Positions 1 to 8,017 of a stretch of 8,017 nt of DNA are shown here, piece by piece. Under the pieces are notes generated by a model. The model was not told where the DNA came from. It did not search any database and saw only the letters and a program-made list of their open reading frames with translations. The translations under genes were made by a program, and so were the position numbers. Origin of the DNA: Paecilomyces variotii (lineage: Eukaryota); the NCBI GenBank assembly GCA_004022145.1, contig RCNU01000064.1, one strand, 5' to 3'. How positions within the stretch are numbered: the stretch's first letter is position 1; each line of letters opens with the position of its first letter.

Positions 1-688
1 ATATATAAAAGGTAAAGGTCTAGCGCAAATACTACTAGACTACTAGTCTAGATTATATAATAGGTTTTACCCTATTATCCTATATATAATATACTTAGCT
101 AGGGGGTTTAAAGGCGGTATTTATATAGTCTACTATTTTAAAATATATATTAAATCTTTAAATTAGATATTAAGCTATATATCTTACTTAACTTAGTTAG
201 TAATGCTTAATAATTTCTTATAGCTTACTTTTCTCTAGCTGTAAGATATTTAGTAAAAATAAATGCTTAGTTCTTATTTAATTAAAACCTCGCTACTTTA
301 GTCTATAAGAAGACTTATTACTTCTTAAACCTAGATAGATTAAAGACTTACTCTATATTAATCTATAGATAATATCTATTATATAAGCAATTTCTCCTAT
401 AATTCAGATAATATAATTGCATTATTTTATATATTATTATAAAACTAATACTCTTATAATTATACTTAGAGTATTAAATAAGAAACTTTAAAAGTTAATA
501 CTGCTTTTTATATAGACTAAATTTAATTTTTATTTAAATTATAAATTACTAATAAAACCCTCTTCTCTTACTTAATTAAATCTCTAGATAATTTAGGCTT
601 TTTTAATAGTATAATAGGTAGTTAAATAAAACTAATTTAATAATTACTAGAAAGCTTAAGAAATAACCTAATTAGCAGAGAATTATAT

Positions 689-794
689 TAATTAAGCAGA
701 GCGGCTTATTAAGCAGAGCGGCTTATTAAGCAGAATAGCTTATTAAGTAAAGCGGCTTAATTACTAAGTAAAGTAGCTTATTAAGCAGAGCAGC
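689..794. repeat. 17-bp tandem array x6 (consensus TTATTAAGCAGAGCGGC); possible Fot1/pogo-type terminal repeat remnant
   Basis: Units at 689-705, 706-722, 723-739, 740-756, 761-777 and 778-794, with a TTAA interruption at 757-760. Copies differ almost only by transitions. The repeat itself is certain; the transposon assignment is inference. Confidence 0.85.
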
Positions 795-1799
795 CTAAAT
801 ATAAATAATAAGAATATTAATAAAAACTAATTAATATTTTAATATTTAAATATTAAAAAGAATATATATTTATTAATAAAATAGATAAAATCTTATAAAT
901 TATAAAATTAATAAAGTTAGACTATAATTACTTTACTATTTAATACTCTTTAAATATTTTTTAAAAGTCTATATAAAATATATATATTTATATAGTTCTT
1001 CTCAGGCCCCCTATTCCTTTACCCCTTCTCCCCCTTATAAGCTACTAACCTTTTATAAAGATCTAAGACTATAGAATTAAAGATTTTAAAAAAATATATA
1101 AAAAAGTAATAATTATTAAATTGCTTAAAAAATTAATTAATACTAAAATTTATTAGCTACTTATACTTTTTAACTCTATTTAAATGCCTTAGCTATTTTA
1201 AGCTAAGCTAAATATCTAACTAAACTAATCTATAATTCTTCTCCTATCTTTATTAATTCTATATAAGTTAATATAGGTAGTATCTTATTATAGCTATTAT
1301 CTAGTTTATATAGAGGATATAATAATAAAATATAATAGGTTTATAGCTTACCCCCTATAGGAGCTATATAATCTAATATTTTATTCTCTTCCCTCTATCT
1401 CTATATAAGAGTACTATTTCCCTGCCCCTATATAATAATACTATTTCTCTTATTCTTTCCTTTATAATATAAAGACTAGAGTTTAATTTATTATAGTTAG
1501 ATTATTAGATTAAGATAAAATTATAAATTAAAACTTTTTAAACCTGCTATTATTTAAGTTCTTTTATTAGCTTAAGATATATACTAAGCTAATATAATTA
1601 TATATACCTCCTATAGATATAAATATTAAAATATCTTAGACCTATTAATCTTTAGCTTCTCTTATTAGTTAAATAAATATATTAAACTAATATAGTTAGG
1701 TATAATAACTAGAGATATAAATATTTATATTATACTTGCTTAGTTTATAGCTATTAATTAAAGGGTTTAATATTCTTCCTTATAGTCTATAAAGGATTT

Positions 1800-3000
1800 A
1801 TTAGCGGAGATAGATATTCTTTAAGAGATATATTATATTTAGTTTCCTTAGTACTTAATTATTTTAATACTTCTAAATATTTTATTAGCCCTTTCTTAAA
1901 GTTAGAATTACTATAACTATCCTATTCTATTAATTACAATATTTTATATATAATAAATATACTTAGCTAGTTTTAGGGATTACTTCTATCTTTAAATAAA
2001 GAGAAAGAAAATATTATAAAATGCTTTAATAGTAGTAAATTAGCAAAAGTCTTTAAGCCTATATATAGACCTATAGCTAGGAATAGCTCTATTAAATAAA
2101 ATATTCTTTTTAAGGATTTCTTTTTATTATATTCTCTTTAAAACTGCTAAACTATATAGGAATAAGAGTTTATTAAGTTATTTTATTTTACTTTTTACTT
2201 ATTAAGCTTTTTATATAGATTAAGTATTTAATTTCTTATTTATTTCTTCTATTATCAGACTATATATCTACTTAGGTAAGTATATATCTAGTAATTTACT
2301 AGTTATAGCTATATTATTTAAGTTAATAAGCTTTTTAATATCTATTAGGTAAGTATTTAAATATCTATATAAGAATTTAATTAGTATATAAAGGCTTAAT
2401 ATATCTAGAGTTAAGACTTACTCTATTACCTATTAACTAAGCTTAGTATTATTTATTAGCTTACTCTAATTTAATTGCTAAATAATCTTAATAGTATTAA
2501 AGTATTTAATAAGTATTTTATAATTAAATATATATATATTTAATCAAGCAGGCTTATCTTATATTTTTATTTACCTAGTTAAAATAAAAGAACTAATTCT
2601 TTAAGGTTAAGGGAGTATTAAAGTATTATTCTACTAATAAATTGCTAATAACTATATTTCTCCTATTAACCTCTCTTTTTTATTCTCTTTATTCTCTTTA
2701 TCCTCTTTATTCTCTTTATTCTCTTTATCTGGCCCTATTATATCTATACCTCCTCTTAATTTAAAGACCTTAAGAACTTAAATAATATAATACTAATTCT
2801 TATATAAGACCTAAATATTAAAGTAAACTTTTTTTTTATATAATTATTAAATTAAGCGGCTATCTTTAATTTTAAAATAGCTCCTTTTATTATAATTACT
2901 ACTATCTGCTATAATAAAAATAATATTATAAGTCTTAAATAAGGATAAATATAATTTAGTAAAGTTTATATATAATTTAGTAGTTTCTCTTTTCTTAGCC
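1800..3000 (-). pseudogene. Unidentified RIP-degraded coding relic containing the acidic tract
   Basis: The frame containing the acidic tract de-RIPs to protein-like text (for example IIQVLEVFELRGGVDVMGPDEEDEE...), but I recognise no family motif. Boundaries are rough. Confidence 0.35.
2679..2729 (-). repeat. 9-bp tandem repeat (RATAAAGAG)x5-6, probably a RIP-eroded (Asp-Glu-Glu)n coding tract
   Basis: The minus strand reads GAT AAA GAG AAT AAA GAG AAT AAA GAG GAT AAA GAG AAT AAA GAG AAT AAA. This is a G>A derivative of GAT GAA GAG repeats. Confidence 0.75.
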
Positions 3001-3273
3001 TATAGCCTATTATAATATGCCTTTTAAACCCTTATTCTATATATAAAAACTTATAACCTATATAAGAATAGTTTATAATAAGCTAATTTAAAAAAAAGCT
3101 AATTAATATATTTTAGATATTATTAAGCTCCTTACTAGTTTTAATATAGTCTTAAAATATTACTCTAGAATTTACCTCCCTTAATTATATAAGATACTGC
3201 TAAAATATATAGATATTATTAATAGGAAGATAAAAAATACTCTAAGTAAGATAGCTCTTTAAACGCTATTTAA

Positions 3274-3528
3274 TATTAAGGTATAGGCTTAGGAAGCAGG
3301 TTAAAACAAATAAAATAAGGTAGTTAATACTAAGACTAGCTACAGGATCTTTATCTAGCTAATTTAAACTAGAATGGGCTATTGCAGGCAGGCTTAGTAA
3401 ATAAAACATAGCTTAAAGAGCTTAAATTCGGATTAAATTATGCGCTAAAGATATCTTTACGAGGTTATATAATACCTTATATAAATATTAGCTAATAGAT
3501 CTCTATTTCTTATACTGGTACTATAATA
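3274..3528 (-). repeat. Probable 3' LTR (about 255 bp; distal boundary uncertain)
   Basis: It begins just after the PPT with TATTA, a plausible RIP product of TGTYA. The candidate far end is plus-strand TATTA at 3274. No second LTR is present to confirm length or target-site duplication. Confidence 0.55.
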
Positions 3529-3531
3529 ATA

Positions 3532-3542
3532 CTCCCCTTCTT
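3532..3542 (-). other. Polypurine tract (plus-strand primer)
   Basis: AAGAAGGGGAG on the minus strand overlaps the pol stop and lies 3 nt before the inferred LTR start (TATTATAG, from TGT...). Confidence 0.8.
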
Positions 3543-3597
3543 AGGGTTAAGCTCTATTAAGATTATCTCTAGGCTTTAGCTTATTTAGATAGCAGTA

Positions 3598-3756
3598 ATA
3601 GAAGTTTATAATAATCTCCTAAATATATTACAGGTAATATACAGGCTTTTTAGTTAAATTATTATAACCTAACTATTTAATAATATATTATAATTAAGGG
3701 CCTTTATACCTATAGTATTCTTATTAGAAGTCTAAAATATCTTTAATAACTTATTC
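3598..3756 (-). other. Integrase C-terminal chromodomain (degenerate)
   Basis: GAA TAA GTT ATT AAA GAT ATT TTA GAC TTC TAA (inferred EWVVEDILDSR), then AAA TAG TTA GGT TAT (KWLGY), then ACT AAA AAG CCT (inferred TEEP), then inferred FHRRYP. This matches the typical fungal chromovirus chromodomain. Confidence 0.85.
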
Positions 3757-3829
3757 CTTAAGGCTGTTAATTTTAATAGGCAATAGTAAAGGTTATTTTT
3801 ATCTAAATATAAAGTCTTTAATAATAGGG

Positions 3830-4850
3830 CGGAGTAGGCTAATATTAAATATAGAATAAATATATATTAAGGCAGGTAAGTTAAGCTAATAAGTATGCAG
3901 GCTAATAACCTTAGTAATATAAAATAGGTTAAAATTCTTTTAATTAAGTTTCTTCTAAAAGTATTAAATATAGATATTTTAAGTATTTAATTAAATAAAC
4001 TATCTTATATAGTAATAGTAGGCTAAGGTTTAGTAGTAGTTAGTCTACTCTTTATAATAGGCTTAGGCAGTATAAATTTAAATATAGATATAATTTATAA
4101 TATCTTATATTTTTTTAGTAAAGGCTTCGGCATCTTTAATAATAGGCTAGTTTATAAGCTAAATAGGCTTAAATCTTATATATAGATAGAACCTATAATT
4201 AGTAAAAAAAAGTAATACTTTAATAGTCTTAGAATAGTAGAAGTTTAATATAAACTTAGCTAAAGATAGCTAGTTAATTTAATTATCTTATAAATAGCTA
4301 ATATAAGCGCGCAGGTATTATTTTAAGATAGTATTTATCCTTTTAATCTAATTATTAGTTTTAAGATAGTAGGTAGTAAATAATAGGTTTATAATATTTA
4401 AATATTAGGTTAGGTATTTCTAGAAAGCAGTAATAAATTAAGGGCCTTAGTTAGATATTATAGTCTTTAATAGCTTATAAAGCTTTTATATATAGTAGAT
4501 ATATAATTATACTATTTTTTTAATATTATAGGTAGCTTAGCAAGAAATAAAGTATCTTATTTTTATAAGTTAGTTTATAGTAACTAGTATAGTATTATAA
4601 CCTTAATAAGATATAAGTTTAATAATAAAATCTATTAAAATATCTTACTAAGAGTATTTAGGGATAGAGAGCTAGTATAAGATTCTTTAATAGCCTTTAT
4701 TTAAGGGTATAATATAGTAGTAGATATAGTAATTCTGGGTCCAGTAATCTATATATTAATATATATTTAGTTAATAATATTCTTATAAGATTAGGTTATA
4801 AAGCTTATATTTTTTAAGGTATTTAAGTATATATTTATTATAATATTCTT
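3830..4850 (-). other. Integrase (HHCC finger, D,D-35-E core, GPY/F module), degenerate
   Basis: HHCC spans 4842-4720, with WTQN intact at 4743-4732. ATA GAT TTT (MDF) at 4635-4627. TCT AAC TAA GGC CCT (SDRGP) at 4455-4441. The inferred E of QTER is at 4344, 36 codons after the second D at 4452. YLRAY is intact at 4317-4303. Inferred KKLDWKNLGPF and HPVFNVSLLRP follow downstream. Confidence 0.93.
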
Positions 4851-5106
4851 ATAATAAGCGAGCTCTTAGCTTATTATAGTTAGAAATATATAGATAGTCT
4901 TTATAGTATAAATATCTTCCTCTTTACTAATAATTAGCTAGTATAATCTTAAGATAATAATTAGCTTTATAATCTAAGGCTTATAAGATAAACTATATTA
5001 AGTTATTAAATAAATAAGCTATATCTAGTAGGTCTTTAATACCTAGCAGGTATTTTAATTTATTAGGCATAGTAAGAGAACTTAATTAATTTTATTTAAT
5101 AGGCAG

Positions 5107-5187
5107 GACTACTTTTTTAATAAGCTAAATAATCTTTTTAATAGATTAAATTATTTTCTCAGCAGATTAAATAATCTTAATAGATTA
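5107..5187 (-). repeat. Degenerate in-frame 18/21-bp tandem repeat in the RNase H-integrase linker
   Basis: Units TAATCTATTAAGATTATT / TAATCTGCTGAGAAAATAATT / TAATCTATTAAAAAGATTATT / TAGCTTATTAAAAAAGTAGTC in the pol frame, inferred as Q-S/P-V/A-E-E-x-x. Confidence 0.65.
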
Positions 5188-5459
5188 ATTAAGCAGCGGG
5201 GTAAACTAGATAGCTTCTCTAGGTTAAATAAATTAATTTCTTAGAGTAAATTAAGCAGGTATTTCTATAAGTTTAATAGGATTTTTAATCTCTTAAGCTA
5301 TTAGATTAGTAAAGTAAATATATCTTACTATTTAACTCTTAGTAATAGCTTTTAATTTTAGGGATCTCTAGATTTATAGGTTAAGATTCTCCTTCTTTAA
5401 AACTATCTAGCTTTAATATTATAACTATTTATTCCTCTCTTTAGAGAGATCTTCTAACC

Positions 5460-5830
5460 TTTTAGTTAAGGTATTAGGCTTTACTCTTTATTTTCTAAGA
5501 TAATATATAATTTAGAAATTAAACTAAGATAGAAACTTAGATTAATAGGCCTATTACTAGTTTAATAGCTTAGTTAATATAAAGTATTTTAAATTATAAT
5601 AGTCTATAATAACCTTAATTAGCAATAATATACCTTTAAACTTAGGGCGCTATTTTTTAAAGTAGCGGATAATTGCTAATAGTTCTTTATTATAGATTTT
5701 ATAATTATACTCTATAATAAAGAGCTTTTTTAAAAAAAATATAATAAGATATAAGATTCCTTTATTATTATATTAAGATATAACTCTAGCTAATATATAG
5801 TTAGATAAATTAGTTTTAACTATAACCTTA
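5460..5830 (-). other. RNase H domain (degenerate)
   Basis: AAA ACT AAT TTA TCT AAC at 5817-5800 (inferred ETDSSD). NYKIYNKELLAIIR at 5706-5665, from NYEIYDKELLAIIR. Inferred TDHRNLEYF at about 5607-5581 and RQARWSEFLSQFNF at about 5555-5515. Confidence 0.92.
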
Positions 5831-6049
5831 TAAATCTAGTTAAATAGTTTTAGGATTAGGGCTTAAATAAATATTTCTTTTAAGGCTTTAAAACTAGACT
5901 AACAGATAAGTATTTAATTAAAGGGAACTTCCTTTTAAGTTAAGTTTATAAGTAGTGTAATTATTTTAAAAAAGTTATAAATAAACTAATAGTAAAAGTT
6001 GTTAAATCTAATAAAAACTTATATATTAATTATATAAGTCAGGGTCTTC

Positions 6050-6720
6050 TATTTAATAATTGTTTTTATCTTATCTAGGTCTATTTTAATATAGTCTTAG
6101 CTAATAATAATGCCTAAGAACTTAGTCTTAAAGATAATAAACTTATACTTCTAGATCTTTATATATAGGCCTATTTTATATAGCTTCTATAAAATAGCGC
6201 AGATATATTAGATATATTTAGAATAGGTTATATTATATACTAGGATATTATTAAGGTATATAATATAAAAGATATTAAGGTAATCTTACAGGGTATTATT
6301 AATAAACTATTAAAATATCGCTAGTGCTTCTATTAAGCTAAATAGTATTATTAGTAATTTAAATAGACTAAGTTAGATATAGAAGGCAGTTAGATATTTT
6401 TATCTTTTTTTAATATAAAGGTTATTAAACGCAGAAATAATATTAATCTTTATAAAATACTTTATTTCTTTTAAATTATTTAGGGTCTTCTTAGTTAAGG
6501 GTAGAGAGTATTAGTCTTTAATAATTATTATATTTAGGGCTCGGTAGTCTATATAGATTTATATCCCTCTACTAGGCTTTTTAATAAATAAAATTGGGGA
6601 TATAGCAGGCAATAAGCTTAAGTAAATAAATCTCTTTCTTAGGTTTTTTTTAATCTATTCCTTTAAAACCTTTAATTTATCTTAGGATATAATATATAGA
6701 GATTTAAAGGGGAGCGACTT
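6050..6720 (-). other. Reverse transcriptase domain (degenerate)
   Basis: Intact DYRALN at 6549-6532 and intact TAF at 6390-6382. Inferred MPFGLTGAPATFQRFIND follows. TAC CTT AAT AAT ATC CTA GTA TAT from 6258 reads YLNNILVY, from YLDDILVY. Boundaries are approximate. Confidence 0.95.
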
Positions 6721-7344
6721 CTTCTTTAATAGCTTAATATTATAGTTATAAAAATAATATAATAGTAAGTGCTTAGCCTTTTTAGGAGAAAAGATATTAG
6801 TATAATTTTTAAACTTCTTAGGCAATAAGCAGACAGAGTCTTTTTTTTAAACTTATTTAATTCTTAGAGCAATATCTAGGTCCTTTAAAATAATTATAAA
6901 TATTTAAATATTTCTTTAGGTATAGGCAGAATAGGCGGCTAAAGAAATAAAGGCTATATTTCTCTCTTTTAATCTTCTAGGTCTTAAGAACAGATATTAA
7001 GGCAAAGCCTTTAGGGGAATATTATATAGAATAGGTATTTTAATTAGCTTCAGGGGTATATTATAATTCTTTTAATAATAATTATTATTAAAAGCAATAC
7101 TATAGGCAGTAAATTATAAGTATAAATTATAGTGCTTTAACTAGGGGAGTTTTAAGATAATAGGGTAATATATTAGTTAGATAATATAGAACTTAATATC
7201 TTTTTTAAAATAATCCTTAATTCTTATATCTATCTAGATATAGTATATAATCTTCCTATCCTCTAGTTCTCTTCTATTAAATATATATAGGGTAATTAGG
7301 CTCTTTAGGGGGATAGGCTTTAACTCTTAGTCTTTAACTTATCC

Positions 7345-7392
7345 TTAGTTTATAAATTCTTATTCTTTAGCTCTAATATTAAGCAGGGTATA
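7345..7392 (-). other. Aspartic protease active-site motif (degenerate LLDTGA)
   Basis: CTG CTT AAT ATT AGA GCT at 7386-7369 reads LLNIRA and is convertible by transitions to LLDTGA. It is followed by TTT ATA AAC (inferred FID) and lies between gag and RT as expected. Confidence 0.8.
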
Positions 7393-7525
7393 AATTAATA
7401 GGCAGATCTTCTTTTTCTTTTTTTCTAATATTATAAGCAGTATTATTAATTTTAATTATTATAGGTATTCCTTAAGGTTAATTTTATAAATAGCGGCAGC
7501 AGAGATTTAAATAATATATAGTTTT

Positions 7526-7555
7526 TAAGCCTAGCTATAATTTATTTTAGGCTTA
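7526..7555 (-). promoter_or_regulatory. Candidate gag-pol -1 frameshift stimulatory hairpin
   Basis: Perfect 8-bp inverted repeat TAAGCCTA (7526-7533) / TAGGCTTA (7548-7555) with a 14-nt loop containing the inferred gag stop. An A-rich run (AATAAAAG) lies just upstream on the minus strand, and pol is in the -1 frame relative to gag. Confidence 0.55.
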
Positions 7556-7902
7556 CTTCTTTTATTAAAGATTAGCTAGGGGATAAACTATGCGAGTCTA
7601 AGAATTAAATTATTTAAAGAGTTTAAGGATAGAGTTTATATATAGTTATAGCTTAAATCTTCTAATAATTATCTAAGTGCGGGTAATTTCTAATATAATA
7701 TTCTAGGGAGCTATAGCAGAAGTAAGCGCTAGTTTTATAATATAATAGGCTATACCTTCTCCCGCTTAGGCATCTAGAAATATTTAAGTTTATTAAATTA
7801 TATAATTGTATTAGGGCTAATTTATTCTTTTATACAAGGCCTCTCTAAGGCTAATTATTATATCTTATAGCTAGGGCAGGACTTAAAATAAATAAGAGAG
7901 AT
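7542..7902 (-). pseudogene. gag: gag C-terminal fragment with CX2CX4HX4C zinc knuckle
   Basis: 7724-7683 reads TAC TTC TGC TAT AGC TCC CTA GAA TAT TAT ATT AGA AAT TAC, exactly 14 codons. It de-RIPs to C-F-R-C-G-S-P-E-H-Y-I-G-N-C. The same frame reads ...AAA GAA GTA AGC CTA AAA TAA, with a plausible original stop at 7544-7542. The N-terminus is missing. Confidence 0.8.
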
Positions 7903-8017
7903 GGTTAGGGTTTTAGGGTTTTAGGGTTTTAGGGTTTTAGGGTTTTAGGGTTTTAGGGTTTAGGGTTAGGTTTAGGGTTTAGGGTTTAGGGTTTAGGGTT
8001 TAGGGTTAGGGTTTTTG
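7903..8017 (+). repeat. Telomeric repeat tract, variant T2-4AG2-3
   Basis: GG TTAGGG, then (TTTTAGGG)x6 at 7911-7958, TTTAGGG, TTAGG, (TTTAGGG)x5 at 7971-8005, TTAGGG, TTTTTG. The G-rich strand runs 5'->3' toward the sequence end, the correct telomere orientation. Confidence 0.93.

Larger units (their letters stand above)
3541..7560 (-). pseudogene. pol: pol polyprotein pseudogene (protease, RT, RNase H, integrase, chromodomain) with many RIP-derived TAA/TAG stops
   Basis: All anchor motifs start at coordinates divisible by 3: 7380 (DTGA), 6549 (DYRALN), 6390 (TAF), 6258 (YLDD), 5706 (NYEIYDKELLAIIR), 4317 (YLRAY), 3678 (KWLGY). The frame ends ...CTT AAT AGA GCT TAA CCC TAA (inferred LDGARP*) immediately before the PPT. 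The start is approximate. Confidence 0.93.
1..7902. other. RIP-mutated AT-rich subtelomeric region
   Basis: CpA/TpG are nearly absent and TpA is pervasive. Conserved Trp, Gln, Arg, Cys, His, Asp and Gly codons are altered by C>T/G>A transitions while the frame is preserved. Confidence 0.93.
3274..7902 (-). mobile_element. RIP-inactivated Ty3/Gypsy (chromovirus) LTR retrotransposon, 5'-truncated by the telomere
   Basis: Minus-strand domain order is gag knuckle - PR - RT - RNase H - IN - chromodomain - PPT - LTR, which is the Ty3/Gypsy order. Motifs become recognisable after reversing C>T/G>A transitions. The 5' LTR, PBS and N-terminal gag are absent. The left boundary is approximate. Confidence 0.95.

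Noticed and set aside
35-51. Palindrome CTAGACTA-C-TAGTCTAG
   Set aside because: It is short and built from TA/CTAG words that RIP enriches, so it is plausible by chance.
1-683. Possible coding relic at the left edge
   Set aside because: It is RIP-degraded and I recognised no motif in the frames examined, so no call is supportable.
689-794. CRISPR-like array
   Set aside because: The units are head-to-tail with no unique spacers, no cas genes are present, and the context is eukaryotic.
1300-1370. Possible LINE C-terminal CCHC motif (QT.HILL.CPLY-like) on the minus strand
   Set aside because: The spacing is wrong, there is no in-frame upstream CxC, and no LINE RT motifs are recognisable nearby.
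344-2425. Shared 14-mer AAGACTTACTCTAT near 344 and 2413
   Set aside because: Similarity does not extend on either side, and the reduced complexity of RIP DNA makes such matches plausible by chance.
3541-3548. Internal TTAGGGTT telomere-like word
   Set aside because: It is a single unit and simply the reverse complement of the last pol codons (TAA CCC TAA).
3541-7560. Alternative genetic code (TAA/TAG read-through), or organellar or AT-rich bacterial origin
   Set aside because: Stops replace Trp, Gln and Arg codons alike, and catalytic Asp/Cys/His residues are also lost by transitions. This fits RIP, not codon reassignment.
3541-7902. Telomere-maintaining retroelement (HeT-A/TART or MoTeR-like system)
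   Set aside because: Those are non-LTR elements that target chromosome ends or telomeric repeats. This is a dead LTR chromovirus cut mid-gag with no telomere repeats on its proximal side.

Overview
This window is an extremely AT-rich chromosome end, most likely from a filamentous ascomycete. CpA/TpG are almost absent and TpA is in large excess, the signature of repeat-induced point mutation (RIP). No intact gene is present. About 3274-7902 (minus strand) is a RIP-inactivated Ty3/Gypsy chromovirus LTR retrotransposon. After mentally reversing the transitions I can read the gag CCHC knuckle, protease, RT, RNase H, integrase, chromodomain, polypurine tract and a probable 3' LTR. All pol motifs checked share one frame, and gag sits in the frame expected for a -1 frameshift, with a hairpin at the junction. 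The element is cut inside gag and capped directly by a telomere tract (7903-8017) made mostly of TTTTAGGG and TTTAGGG rather than TTAGGG. The left 3.3 kb is also RIP-degraded. It holds a 17-bp x6 array resembling a Fot1/pogo terminal repeat and an unidentified relic ORF with an acidic tract. I found no convincing new protein system. The most interesting signals are the variant telomere, the apparently healed chromosome end and the context bias of the mutations.
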